Below, one piece after another: positions 1 through 14,240 of a DNA stretch of 59,658 bases. The translations under genes were made by a program, and so were the position numbers. Numbering within the stretch: position 1 is the first letter of the stretch; each line of letters starts with the position of its first letter. The DNA comes from Tubiluchus corallicola (taxonomy: Eukaryota; Animalia; Priapulida), in contig JAQGDQ010001144.1 in the NCBI GenBank assembly GCA_030141605.1, positions 1 through 59,658 of the forward strand, read 5' to 3'. Under the pieces are notes generated by a model. That model made no database searches, had not been told where the DNA came from, and saw only the letters and a list, made by a program, of their open reading frames with translations.

Positions 1-289
1 CTGAAAAAAGTTTTTTCAGACGGACATTTTTAGAGGGTAGAGTACAACTTTTTTCAACTCAGTGCGGTACTGAAAACAAAATAAAACCAGTTAATGTGTT
101 GTAGAAAAAGAGTACTGGTATATATTAAAGTGCGTACCTGCAAACCTGTAACAGGAAAAGAGAAAACGAGGAGATAATGCCTGTGTCACGATGCTTGTAT
201 TGCTTACAACCGCTTCATAGTCGAACGCGACACGCAAAACAGTTGTAGAGCACTTATTTCTTTAAAATCATTAGTGTCACAATTTATGC

Positions 290-388
290 ATCTTATTGAA
301 AAGACTTACTCCCATGTATAAGAGACCCCCTATTTTTAAAGTGAAAATTCTGAGCAAAAAAGGGTCTCTTATACACGGGAAAATACGG
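290..388. mobile_element. Right end of a Tc1/mariner (Tc2/pogo-like) DNA transposon remnant
   Basis: Ends ...TCTTATACACGGGAAAATACGG followed by TA; internal inverted pair TGTATAAGAGACCC/GGGTCTCTTATACA. Left end not identified in the window. Confidence 0.45.
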
Positions 389-1516
389 TATGCTAAAGCT
401 GAGCGATTATCGATTCTAAAAGAGAAGAAACGACAAAAACAACCATTTTTTTAAAGAATGGTTTACGTTTTTCTTTTTTGGTTTGTCTTTTGAAAAATAG
501 ACAGAAAACCAAAAAATAGTTTACAAAAATGTCTTGGATCAAATAGTCCTGAAATGATACATTTAAATGCCAGGAGCAAGGCGTTTATTACAGCTCAACA
601 AATTGACAATCATTTTCACTCGCGCATGCGCGCCTGGGTATTCAGTTGTAGCTACGTAAGATGCCAAGCTCTATGCAAATATTTGCTTTATGCAAGTCTT
701 CCTAAAAAAATTAATCACAATTCAAGATAGATAATTACAATAAAAACTCAATTTCAAAATTCTCACGACTAATTTGCTACTGATAGAAGGTATTTGATAT
801 CCTGGTAAAGAGTTGCACAGATAAGAGGCCCGGGAAAACTAATTTTGTTAATCATTTCCCGCAGCTGGTCCTTACAGACTTTAACTAGTTTTATGAATTT
901 ATATAAAAATTTATAAAAATACAAAAAAATTTAAAAAAAAGACAACAATAATTTAGTGAACATTCTTGGCATTAATATTTTGAGACAATAATAAATTAAT
1001 AAATAATAAATGCATTTCGCAAAAGTCTAGTGAAATAAAGGCCAAGTGAAATACACATGCACACATTTACCCACACGCATGCGCGTTTGCACCTGCTCCT
1101 GAGCTGGAGAGAGGGGTAAACCGGAACAAACATCATTCCAAACCCTGAGAGCCAAAGAGGAATATTTTCCTCTTTTGAGTCAGCAATCAGTGACTCTAAA
1201 AAAATTCAAAAATGGACTAAAAATACTGTACTATCCTTCAAAAAAACTAATAATGAAAAAATCAAATCACATCTTATGTATTATCAACGTTCACCCAGTA
1301 GTCTGTAGTTAGTGGCAGATCAAAACCTGCGATGCATTAACATCATATCAACAAACTAAAACCCACCACATGCAAAAAAACTCAAGTCACCAACACGAAA
1401 CGTCAATAAAGCACCCAATTTTAATTTCATACGTTTGGTATTTTACAAAAAAACTATTTTGTAATGATTGTAAATGTGTTAAATTCTCCGAACTGTGTGA
1501 AATGAAATGTATACAT

Positions 1517-1990
1517 CAGGGGTGTGCAAATTGCGGCCCGCCGAGAGAATTTGTGCGGCCCGCGAAGAGATTTGTCAACCTACTGAAAGTGCGGCCCGGG
1601 CAATTAATTGAGTGTATCCAGCTAAAGTCCGTGCGAAGATCCCAAAGATAGTGCGGGTAGTTTTTTCTACTAGATCGGATGGCATTAACCCTTACAAGAC
1701 GGTTGTAGCTTAATGTCACTGTACTACACAGACTGTGTGATACACATTACTAATATGCATTGTAATGAAATTACCACTATCTGTCCTGAAAGTAGAAATA
1801 TATGGTTTGTAATATAAATTTTAATAACTTCTAAAATACTTTCTTGAGTGTAGTAGTAATGATGTACGCAGGTCGGATGCAAAAAAAATCGTTATTAGGC
1901 CTTTCTGTACTTGGCTCCTTGATCAAACTGCCTGTGGCCCGCAGGAATTGTGGGAAAGTTTAATGTGGCCCGGCTAGTCAGATAATTTGG
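1517..1990 (+). mobile_element. hAT-type MITE, copy 1 (right TIR truncated)
   Basis: Starts CAGGGGTGTGCAAATTGCGGCCCGC; near-identical along its length to 55306-55783. Confidence 0.8.
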
Positions 1991-2042
1991 CAACATCCAA
2001 TTCCGGCAAAAAAACAAGCTATTGTTAATTATTATTACTATT

Positions 2043-2912
2043 ATATTGTATCATTAGATACTGCTACAACACACATATTGTATCATTACATACTGATACA
2101 ACACACATATTGTATCATTACATACTGATACAACACACATATTGTATCATTAGATACTGCTACAACACATATATTGTATCATTACATACTGATACAACAC
2201 ACATATTGTATCATTACATACTGATACAACACACATATTGTATCATTACATACTGATACAACACACATATTGTATCATTACATACTGATACAACACACAT
2301 ATTGTATCATTACATACTGATACAACACACATATTGTATCATTACCTACTGATACAACACACATATTGTATCATTACATACTGATACAACACATATATTG
2401 TATCATTACATACTGATACAACACATATATTGTATCATTACATACTGATACAACACATATATTGTATCATTACATACTGATACAACACATATATTGTATC
2501 ATTACATACTGATACAACACATATATTGTATCATTACATACTGATACAACACATATATTGTATCATTACATACTGATACAACACATATATTGTATCATTA
2601 CATACTGATACAACACACATATTGTATCATTACATACTGATACAACTCATATATTGTATCATTACATACTGATACAACACACATATTGTATCATTACATA
2701 CTGATACAACACACATATTGTATCATTACATACTGATACAACACACATATTGTATCATTACATACTGATACAACACACATATTGTATCATTACCTACTGA
2801 TACAACACACATATTGTATCATTACATACTGATACAACACACATATTGTATCATTAGATACTGATACAACACACATATTGTATCATTACATACTGATACA
2901 ACACATATATTG
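2043..2912. repeat. 32-bp minisatellite, ~27 copies
   Basis: Unit ATATTGTATCATTACATACTGATACAACACAC; starts at 2043 and 2075. Confidence 0.95.
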
Positions 2913-4217
2913 AAATACATAAAATATAACAAAGAACAGTTACTATAAACACATAAAAAGGAAAGAAATTAGTTCACATAAAATATACAATTTTCAAAAA
3001 TGACAATGATAGTACATAAAAATATCGTTAGTTTTCACATATCATACACAGGTAATTTTATAAACATACATTATAAGCATTAATAACCAACTGTTTAACA
3101 TTCACGTTACCAAACCTAAAAGAGAAGCCATACTTTCTTCTTAAGTGACAATGACTATCGCTAGTTAAATAATAAGTTAATAAATAGTTAATTATTAGTG
3201 TACAGATGAAGAACAGGGCTACACGTAGATGCAGGCTGCATTTTAAGACTAGCTTTGCATTATAAATGAGGACTATGTAGGATGTTCGCGTATTATTGAT
3301 TATAAGTGTATTTGTATGCAAATTTTTTTGCGGGGCCTTTGCTAGTGTATAACTAATAAAATAACTAATGTATTGACGATAAAAGACAATTGAAAAAAAA
3401 TAATAGCTATACACAAAATCCGTTAAAGTGTGACCATACGTAACAAACGTACAGTAACAATGATGCAAAAGTTTACAAATAAACCTACTAAAGAAAATTC
3501 AAAATAAAGCAATCGAAACAAATTTTGATGGTCTTAATTAGCAGCATTTTTTCTTGCATTGATTTTAGTAATTTTTATTAGACGATGGTAGACATTTTTT
3601 CTTTGTTACCTTTGCTCGTAATCTTATTTATTTGAAAAATGAATAAATTAAGTGCTAATAAATTTAAAATGAAGGATATAGGCGCTATTATCATAGCAGT
3701 AGCTAAATTCCACTTAAAAAAATCAGAAAGTCTGACGTTGGACATAGACGTTCTACGCCCAAAGGTCACTGCACTGTCCATTAGAAATGCTTTAATAAAA
3801 TTAATAATAAAAAATTATAAAGATAAAAACGGTGCCTACAGAAACTACGCCATGTTCTACGAATGGCAATACAGACATCCTTTGTTCAACGACAATAACG
3901 TGCTTCTTTTGTCGCCTGCCAGTTTTACTGCTAGACTTGTCACACCCGGCAAATTAATTTGTTCAACAATTTAACAATAGGAGTTGCCTAACTCTGACGT
4001 AAATGTTACAATAAAACTGACTTGAATCCTCCCTTGTTGTTAAAAGTTAGTGAAGTACGCCCTACAACACGTGCTCAGTGCAATAAAACTTTTGAAAAAG
4101 ACTGTGGGCTCACTTTTAATGTGTACAAAATATATTACCAGTCTTGTAACTTATTAAATGTTTTAACATTACATTTAGATATTTATTTTTTAGTGTCAAA
4201 AATGTATACAAGACATA

Positions 4218-4766
4218 CAGTGTTCCCTGGCTACTTTGCGGTTCGTTTATCGCGGACTCGCTGTTTCGCGAGTTTTCAAAAATATCGCGGTATTTTCACT
4301 GTTTCGCGGGTTTTTGCGGTACTCCGTCTAAAGTATTTTTGCACATGCGTAGTACGTGTTGTACAGTAATGTATAGATTTGATGAATTTTACATAAAAAA
4401 ATCACAAAATGTATAAAATTATATTAAAAATATTAATTCTAACATTAAAAGAATATTATAAATCATAAAAAATTACCATTTACAGTAAATAGTGTATTTA
4501 TTCGGCGGATGAATACACGCCAAAAACGAAATGTAGTACATGCGCCCGCTTGAGATGTGACGCGAGATTGTACACAACACGCGTTAAAAGGTACATGTAC
4601 AGTATGGGAAATGGGAAAGGGTTATGTATAAGAGTGTGGGGAGGGTTTATAAAGACTTAAAATAATGTATAACCACTAAAATAAGTATAGCGTCCCTACT
4701 TCGCGGAAATTCACTTATCGCGGGTGTGCCTGGAACGGAACACCCGCGATAAGTGAGGGAACACTG
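4218..4766. mobile_element. Tc1/mariner (Tigger/pogo-like) MITE
   Basis: TIR CAGTGTTCCCT...AGGGAACACTG, TA on both sides (4216-4217, 4767-4768), subterminal TCGCGG/CCGCGA motifs. Confidence 0.85.
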
Positions 4767-4920
4767 TACATACAATTTCAATTATGAAATATAATGACTC
4801 TATGACACAATGACCCCTTACAATACTGTTATTCTTTACCTTTCTGTATTACAGTCAAAAACTGTCTTAACTCTAGCAGGCTCTACGTGCGTTTCTTACT
4901 GAAACTCGGCTAGTTTAAGG

Positions 4921-5000
4921 GACATATGTACTAGTTTAAACGACATATGTACTAGTTTAAACGACATATGTACTAGTTCAAACGACATATGTAGTTGTTT
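4921..5000. repeat. Short ~21-22-bp tandem repeat, 3-4 copies
   Basis: GACATATGTACTAGTTTAAAC repeated. Confidence 0.8.
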
Positions 5001-5157
5001 AAAACGGAAGAAAGTGTAATTTTAAAGTATACGTATATCCCAAGGAAGTTATGTTACATAGCTTTACATTTACTGCGTTGAGAAACTTATGTAACTTATG
5101 TAAAGAGAATTTTTACTAGTTTAAAACATTCGCGCTGCCTGGTAAAACGTCACTGCA

Positions 5158-5316
5158 TCACCATCCCAGTGTGCACCACTGATTCACCATCCCAGTGTGC
5201 ACCACTGATTCAACATCCCAGTATGCGCTACTGATTCACCATCCCAGTGTGCACCATTGCTTCACCATCCCAGTGTGTACCACTGATTCACCATCCCAGT
5301 GTGCACCATTGATTCA
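5158..5316. repeat. 26-bp minisatellite, ~6 copies
   Basis: Unit TCACCATCCCAGTGTGCACCACTGAT. Confidence 0.9.
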
Positions 5317-5419
5317 CACAAAAGCACATTATTGATCTTACTGGCTTCATAAAGTAATTTCTGCTTTTGCTCAGTTAGTGAGGAGTGTGCTATGAATGCT
5401 CTGATTACTTTTTCAAACT

Positions 5420-5615
5420 TGACGGCGCTTACGCAAAGTTATCTAAACTTATTTCAAACGACTGACGGTCAAAATGGCTGCGCCTAACGGTGATCGCGGG
5501 AGTTTAAATTTACTAGGTTTCATGCAGCGTTACTACTAACGCAAACCGAGCATGCAATAAGACAGCAAGTGAGTGATATAAAATTTCAAGACGAATTTTT
5601 AAGCTTTATGTTTAT
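5420..5615. repeat. Old dispersed repeat (related copies ~36005-36195 and ~41140-41270)
   Basis: Shared blocks CTAAACTTRTTTCAAACGACT, GTCAAAATGGCTGC, GGAGTTTA, AATAAGA, TTTTTAAGCTTTAT. Confidence 0.55.
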
Positions 5616-5659
5616 AGGAGTGTTTTCTTGTACTTTAATGCTTCAGCCAGCAATTACAA

Positions 5660-6135
<476 letters not shown>

Positions 6136-6734
6136 ATGCTAATTCGAAGGTTTCTGTTCTGAATCCAATGAAATTTACCTTCCAAAATTTAATAATTTTG
6201 GGTTCAATCCGCACAAACAACTCTAATTTAAAATAAGAATAGACAGTTAGCGCTTCGATGAGCCTACAAAATTGTTTGTATAGGATTATTATGAGTATGC
6301 AAAATAGATTCACGATTCTAGGTGTGGAGGCCCTGAAATTTAGCTCTGGATTGCAATTTTGAAAGTAGGCTAGCTACTTATTTTGCCCCAGGTTGCTAAA
6401 GATAAGTACTGTTTGCCCAAAGCAGCTATCAATTTTATTGGCGTCATTTGCATGTTTGAATAGTAATTTCTTTTGCCAGTAAGTAGCACGCGTTACGTTT
6501 GTTTTCTGCCGCGAGCAATTTTCTAGGCTCCATTCATTCCACTGCGCGAATTTTACTACGCGTGCCAGGCGTAAACAACCGACAAACGTGCCCAGAACTT
6601 TGCAAAAGTTGCAAGTACAAATAGCAATTTCGTTTTCGAAAGTTTGTTTTTGGTTAAAAATCAAAAAAATCAAAAAGAATGTTTACACAAACTTAGTACA
6701 AAAAACGCATATTGCAAATCACTGTTTATGATTT

Positions 6735-6789
<55 letters not shown>

Positions 6790-6890
6790 ATACCACCATC
6801 ATCATCATCATCATCAACAGCACCATCATCATCATCATCATCATGATCATCATCATGATCATCATCATGATCATCATCATCATCACCATC
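6735..6890. repeat. (CAT)n microsatellite
   Basis: Direct observation. Confidence 0.95.
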
Positions 6891-8530
6891 GTCGTCTTCT
6901 CCTTTCTCTCCTTCTTTACAAGCAACAACAGCAGTTATCGTCGCTGGCTGCTGTTTGCTATGACGACAGGAGAAGACAGAAGCAGCATCAGTATTCCTTG
7001 ATATGATTTGTGATAGTGAAAATTCTCTTTTATCATATTGAATTTTAATTATTTTAGTAAGCTGTTATTTTTCATGTTTGTGTGTTTTTGCACGGGAGTT
7101 ATTAATGCTCTTTGTTCATTAAGGGGTAGGGGTGGGGGGGGGGTGGGGGGGTGGTATAATGGTCACGAACACGGTGCCTAACGTCGTAAAGATTTATGGA
7201 CTTGATTTCACACATCAGTTGCATAGCATGTAACATTAAAAGAGCATTTTTTCTGTCCCTTGCAAACGTGTCGTGTTTTTGTGTACGTCTGAGCAATAAA
7301 ACACAAAACGGTAACGGCAATTTCAGTCTGTGCACACCAGAGGGATCGCTGCTCAATCTTTTAATGGCGATCGTTTGTCCCGTGGCGCCCCCCACTGGCG
7401 TGTCTGTAGCACTGTCGTGTGATGATATGCTAATTTTATGGCTTACTCAAAAGCTTTTGTGCATTTTTTCCAGGCAGAAACATCGCCTAGGGTCAACACT
7501 TCAACATTAATAACACGATGGTATCACGGCGAAGGGCCCGGATGTGATGTGTGTTTCTGTCAGCGTGCCTTCCTTTGTGTGGCAACAGACTTTCCTGGAT
7601 CCGCCTTCAGTCCTGGATGCGCTTTTTTGTTAAAGACGCGTTGTGGTTTCTAGATTTTTGCTAGCGATAATTATTTTTATATGTTATCAGATTTAATTCA
7701 GTAAATCGTTTCCTGTTATTTTGTACTATAATGTTGTGTGAATAGATTAATTTTGAATCGATTATTAGTGATTTGTCGATATAATTTGTACATAATGTTT
7801 ATACTGTACTGACAATCAGTGATAATTGGGTGAGAAAGAGAGAGTTTTGGTTCGTATTATTGAGAATAAATTGATAAAATTTTAATTTAACTGATCTGAA
7901 CTATTTAGCTGTGCTAATTTAAAAAATGTATAAAATGGAAAACACTTAGTTTCTTTTGTTTGATGTAATGTTAATTTTGGGTAGTTTTGTTCTTATTAAG
8001 TTCTTTACATGTACAAAGTTCGTTCCTTATTTTGATCTAAATTGTCTTGTGGCTTGTAAATAACTACAAAAGGTAATTTAGAAGGTTTAGTAGACTTGAA
8101 TTCTTGTGATATAGTCTTACTATACAAGTGTCTATGGTTCCTTGGCGAACTTTTTAAGTTTTTAAATTTTCTTCCTATCAAAACGAAGAGAATACGACAA
8201 GTTAGTCTAGTACTAAATTCAGTTTGATCAGACAAGGGCCATGCAGTGAAAATGTGTATTAAAATTCATAGTACATGTATTATTGAACTTAATCTAACCG
8301 GATGCAGACGGTTTTTGTTGGTAAACATGCTAACAATGCCTACTTGAACGATTATTGGCACTGTGCCAGCAAAATTCGTTTTCACTATAAGAATGATGGT
8401 GATTTTTTAAGCGAATTTTCCTATAAGCGCTCCAAAATGACGAAACTGTGTTTCCAAGAATCGTATATTTTAACACAATAATGTCATGTTATCATTTCAA
8501 AAACAGTTTTGCATTATTTTTACTTTTGAA

Positions 8531-9095
8531 TTCACTGTACTTACGTAGAGGGTACACATACAGCATACTGTTCACTGTACTTACGTAGAGGGTACACATA
8601 CAGCATACTGTACTTACGTAGAAGGTACACATACGGCATACTGTACTTACGTAGAGGGTACACATACAGCATACTGTACTTACGTAGAGCGTACACATAC
8701 AGCATACTGTTCACTGTACTTACTTAGAGGGTACACATACAGCATACTGTTCACTGTACTTACGTAGAAGGTACACATACAGCATACTGTACTTACTTAG
8801 AGGGTACACATACAGCATACTGTTTACTGTACTTACTTAGAGGGTACACATACAGCATACTGTTTACTGTACTTACTTAGAGGGTACACATACAGCATAC
8901 TGTTCACTGTACTTGCTTAGAGGGTACACGTACAGCATACTGTTCACTGTACTTACGTAGAGGGTACACATACAGCATACTGTTCACTGTACTTACTTAG
9001 AGGGTACACATACAGCATACTGTTCACTGTACTTACTTAGAGGGTACGCATACAGCATACTGTACTTACTTAGAGGGTACACATACAGCATACTG
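8531..9095. repeat. 33/40-bp minisatellite, ~15 copies
   Basis: Unit ACTGTACTTACKTAGAGGGTACACATACAGCAT with optional ACTGTTC extension. Confidence 0.92.
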
Positions 9096-9544
9096 CCAAG
9101 GATCTTTCAGAAAACAGCGTTTTCAAGCGCCTAGTGCCTTAAATACTTACCTAAATGACCTAACCAATTCCTGGAAAATGTAATCTAGGAGCATAAGCGT
9201 TTCTGTAAATATTTGTACGAGAATGTCGTCTAATAGCGAAGTGAGGTAGAACTTTAATTGTGAGAAGTAATAATCGCTCTTGATTTGCAAACAAGAATAG
9301 AAAAAATGCTAGAAGCTTTTTGCATTAATCTGTGAGAACTATTATATATTTTGTAGTAATTATTATGTAAATACTGATTTTGTTATTATTGAACAATGAT
9401 GGTTTATTACAGTTGAGGTTTTTTAATAAAGGCTGGTGTATACTTATATTTTGTCAAAATACTGTCTGATGCGTTTAGTTATTTGGTAAATGGTAAAATG
9501 ATGAGCTAACAAACAAAGTGGGAGTCTTTTAACCACAACATTAT

Positions 9545-9847
9545 CATCATCAGCAGCAGTGGCAACAATCATGACGATGATAATGATGACAAACATCAGT
9601 TGTCATGACGATTGCAATTACAACCATAACAACAATGACTACAACGACGACTACAAAAACAGCACCATCAGCAACAACAACAACAACAACAGCAACAGCA
9701 CAACAACAACAACAACAACAACAGCAACAGCAGCAATGAAACAACAACAATAACAACAACAACACAAGAATAATAGCGACAACAACACCAGCAACAACAA
9801 CAAAGCAACAATAGCAACAACAACACAACAACAACAACAATAGCAGC

Positions 9848-9884
<37 letters not shown>

Positions 9885-9885
9885 T
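9545..9885. repeat. (CAA)n-rich degenerate microsatellite
   Basis: Direct observation. Confidence 0.9.
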
Positions 9886-10387
9886 AGGCTAGTGTTACTG
9901 TAACAACTACAACGGCAATGCTGCAACCGTTATTACTACATCCTTGCAGAGACAGCAATGAGAACAAGAAAAACAAAATAACGGCAGCGGTGACAGCAGC
10001 ATTAAACACAAGGCGGCAACTCTGACGACAAACAGCAATAAGGATAACAACGGTGACGGTTAAGTAAGAACGGTAGCAATGTCAGTTATTACAGGAAATC
10101 ATCTATAAGAAAACTTGTCTAAAGTAACAGTTACCGTTACGGCAACTGCAAGGTAACCACGACAACTGCAACAACAGAAATAATAATAATATAGAAATAA
10201 AAATCGTCTTTTTATTTGGTTTTATGCCAACGTTATTTGACATTGAAAATTTTAAATTTAAGCAAATTTCAATTTAAAATAAAAACTTATTTACGTAATC
10301 TTAATGTCAATATTACTATTAATAATGCTACAAACCTACAATAAATTAAATTGAAAAAAAAACAGGAAATATGAAAAAGTTGATATA

Positions 10388-10455
10388 CAGCCTGGATTTG
10401 AACTCGGGACCTTCTGCTTCTCTTGTTTTAGATCTATCGATGAGCAACTAGCTGG
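10388..10455 (-). mobile_element. Degenerate tRNA-derived sequence (SINE head or tRNA pseudogene)
   Basis: Minus strand CCAGCTAGTTGCTCATCGATAG...GGTCCCGAGTTCAAATCCAGGCTG: B-box GTTCAAATCC and weak A-box; no convincing cloverleaf. Confidence 0.4.
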
Positions 10456-10677
10456 TATTACCTATCTATCTGCTTACGTACTTTAAACTTGGGCAGCTAA
10501 CTTGATGAGAAGTAGAGAAGTAGGTGATTAAGCAGAAACTTATGTGATAAAGATGTTATTAATAAACAAAAATCAAAAGACAAAGGTGAAAAAGTCAGTA
10601 GATAATGAAAACAAAGAACAAAAATCAAACAAAAAACGAAACAAATGTAAAAAATAGAAATGAAAAAATAAAAATTA

Positions 10678-10985
10678 TATAATATAATATAATGTAATGT
10701 AATGTGATGTGATGTGATGTGATGTGATGTGATGTGATGTGATGTGATGTGATGTGATGTGATGTGATGTGATGTGATGCGATGCGATGCGATGCGATGC
10801 GATGCGATGCGATGCGATGCGATGCGATGCGATGCGATGCGATGCGATGCGATACGATACGATACGATACGATACGATACGATACGATACGATACGATAC
10901 GATACGATACGATACAATACAATACAATACAATACAATACAACACAACACAACACAACACAATATAACATAACATAATATAATAA
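10678..10985. repeat. Compound pentanucleotide microsatellite
   Basis: AATAT-AATGT-GATGT-GATGC-GATAC-AATAC-AACAC-AACAT/AATAT blocks. Confidence 0.95.
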
Positions 10986-12715
10986 TATCAGTAAAATGCA
11001 CGTATAAAACTGACACTACATCGAAATAAGCAACAGTAGTAAAAACGTAATAGGCGAACAAGCAAAAGTAAAAAACAATAAAGAAAAAGACAAAGGTATG
11101 GAAGACACGCGATGAAGGACAATAAGAAAAGAAAGCAAAATTATAAAAAAGTCGATAATAAAAATGGCAAACAACTCCTTTAAATTTATCATTTTTCGCA
11201 AATTGGATGAACTGGCCTACAAGATTGTGTGAGTGTACATAGAGGCGGATTATGAGCTTTTAAAGCCCTAGACTAATCAAACTATGAGCCCCCTCGCATG
11301 GAGCCACCCTTCCGCACTCGTCTATCAACAATATACGTTATCAACATTTACATATTATTCAAATTCTTAAAATAAGCTATATTAGCTATCTTTTGTTTAT
11401 CAATAAAAATATTCCTTAAGAAATACCACTGCTTTGCTGTTCTAGATACGATAGCAGAAACGATTATCGATGTACATAAGCCTATAAGCCCATACAATAA
11501 GTTGTACATTGTAATGTACTATGTTGCTACTTAATTCACAAATCCAATTACATGTGGAATTAAAACAATTAGTGTAGTATTACTGTTATTACAGCAGTAC
11601 ATATTATAGTATATATTATATTTACTGCTGCAATAACTTTACTGCTATATATATATATAGTTTTCACATATATATTCATGTTGGTGTCAAGCAATTTAAT
11701 CTAGCATTCTATTATTATTTGTTTTCTTTTCGCATTTTTACAAACATGCATTTCCTGAAACTGTTTAAAACGAAGCCAGCCTTAGTCATGTGACCTAAGC
11801 TTTAGTAGTATACGCCACCTATCAATCACACTTGTTCTTACACGTAGTTAGATTTTCTGTTGCCGCTATGCTGATCATGCCGTTTGGTGATACTTGCATT
11901 GCTTTGTCTATTTTGTTACAATTTAACAGTCACTAGTTGTATTTTCAAACCAAAGTTGTCACCAGTAAATGTAAGTCACCATCTACTTTAATAATTAGTT
12001 AATAGTTTAAATTGGTTAGAATTGCTTCAAATCTCTAGAATCATAAAGTAATAATTTGTGTTTCAGTCTTCTTAAATCTAACTTTTCATTTTGTCTAAAT
12101 AGTAATAACCTTTAGCACGTTCTTAAGCACTTTTTGTGATCTGTTATTTTAATAAATTGCAGGTCTATCGCACAGTTCAATACTGATTTTTGCCGTTTCT
12201 TTGCCTAGACTGGGCGCATCCACAATATATATGTGAAAAGGTTTTAGTGGGGCTTGTGGGGTCTAGGCTACGGCCTATATGATAATTGGGCTCTGGTTCT
12301 CCTTTGGAAACCCTCTCACAAGGGTATACGAACAAATTTCAGGTGAATTTTTTGAAAAGCTGATGGAAGTATACTTCAACTTGAAGTTATCTAAGCTGTA
12401 ACATTGTTACACAAAGCAGTTCAATTAGTTCAGCAAAACGGGCAGAAAATGACAAGGAAATTTTCACTATTGAGTTTTTATCGCTCACACATGAAACGTT
12501 GAGCGCAATAAAAAAGCCCGGGCGTATTGAGATAACTCATTGAAAACCAGCGAGTGTGTCACACACGTGGGCCAGAGGACCAGTTTTTACAAAGACGTGG
12601 AGTTAATGGCGATGATAACAGCTTTTTGCCTGGTACACACTGCGTGAATTATCTGCAAAGTGGCATTTTGTTAAAATTAGTGCAATTTTTAACGTGAGAG
12701 TAGACATGTCTGATG

Positions 12716-14240
12716 ATAGTATTGTGCACTGCTGGACTATTATTAACCAGAGTGACAAATAACATCCCACACTGATGTGGCGCCCTCTTGTAATAGTATT
12801 GTGCACTGCTGGACTATTATTAACCAGAGTGACAAATAACATCCCGTACTGATGTGGCTGAATCTTGTAATAGTATTCATCATCGCCATCCAATGAATCA
12901 TACATCCAGGGACATGATTCTGCTCACCTCCCTATGCCAGGACTCCCTGCTCGCCGCAATGCCCCAAGTGGATTTATTTCTAAGGGTCAATGCTGAAGTG
13001 TTTAAATCTTTCTGTGCAAATTCTAAATATGTTAACATTTGTCCTCCTGCAGGTTTTTTAGCTGGTTCTATGGCTTGTTGAAGAGCTGTCTTCACTGGAA
13101 TATCATCAGGTAGTCTAAGCATATGCCCAATCCATCTTAAACGGCGTCTTTTTATTTTTCTTGTCCAAGGTTCTTCTTTTATTTTTTCATGTAGATCTTT
13201 GTTTGAAATTTTCTTTGGCCATCTAATACCCAAAATGTTCCTGTAATTTCGCCTTTGAAATGCATCGATTTCAGCTTTATGATTTGCTTTTAATGTCCAG
13301 AGCTCAGAGTTGTACAGAAATACAGTTTCAACTAAGGCTGAGAATATTCTAATTTTTGTTTCCAAAGAAATCTTCCTATTCTCAAAAACTTTTGTGAGTT
13401 TTTGAGTAAGCTGATAATGCCATTATCTTCCGTCTTGATATGTCGTCCTCTGTTACCAGTAGACTATCGAGATACTTGCATCTTTGCCATGATTCATCAC
13501 CATGACGTGTTATGTGAAACTCTTCAGTTTCATTTTTGTTTACTGTAATAGTATTGTGCACTGCTGGACTATTATTAACCAGAGTGACAAATAACATCCC
13601 ACACTGATGTGGCGCCCTCTTGTAATAGTATTGTGCACTGCTGGACTATTATTAACCAGGGTGACAAATAACATCCCGTACTGATGTGGCGCCCTCTTGT
13701 AATAGTATTGTGCACTGCTGGACTATTATTAACCAGAGTGACAAATAACATCCCACACTGATGTGGCGCCCTCTTGTAATAGTATTGTGCACTGCTGGAC
13801 TATTATTAACCAGGGTGACAAATAACATCCCGTACTGATGTGGCGCCCTCTTGTAATAGTATTGTGCACTGTTGGACTATTGTTAACCAGGGTGACAAAT
13901 AACATCAACCACTGATGTGGCGCCCTCTTGTAATAGTATTGTGCACTGCTGGACTATTATTAACCAGAGTGACAAATAACATCCCGTACTGATGTGGCGC
14001 CCTCTTGTAATAGTATTGTGCACTGTTGGACTATTGTTAACCAGAGTGACAAATAACATCCCACACTGATGTGGCGCCCTCTTGTAATAGTATTGTGCAC
14101 TGCTGGACTATTATTAACCAGGGTGACAAATAACATCCCACGCTGATGTGGCGCCCTCTTGTAATAGTATTGTGCACTGTTGGACTATTATTAACCAGGG
14201 TGACAAATAACATCCCACACTGATGTGGCGCCCTCTTGTA
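12716..14240. repeat. 77-bp minisatellite (~2 + ~9 copies) interrupted by an RTE insertion
   Basis: Unit TTGTAATAGTATTGTGCACTGCTGGACTATTATTAACCAGAGTGACAAATAACATCCCACACTGATGTGGCGCCCTC; period from 13544 to 13621. Confidence 0.93.
12878..13543 (-). mobile_element. 5'-truncated RTE-clade LINE (C-terminal ORF region)
   Basis: Translation ...FLYNSELWTL...IDAFQRRNYRNILGIRWPKKISNKDL...KRRRLRWIGHMLRL... is the typical RTE C-terminal region; 12-bp TSD TGTAATAGTATT at 12866-12877 and 13544-13555. Confidence 0.88.

Noticed and set aside
3058-4369. 110-136-aa ORFs
   Set aside because: No recognisable motifs; AT-rich chance ORFs, partly overlapping a MITE.
10388-10455. Functional tRNA gene
   Set aside because: Only a B-box and weak A-box; stems do not pair.
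11240-12295. Degenerate hAT element (AGAGGCGGATTA...TAATTGGGCTCTG)
   Set aside because: Terminal match too weak and no TSD seen.
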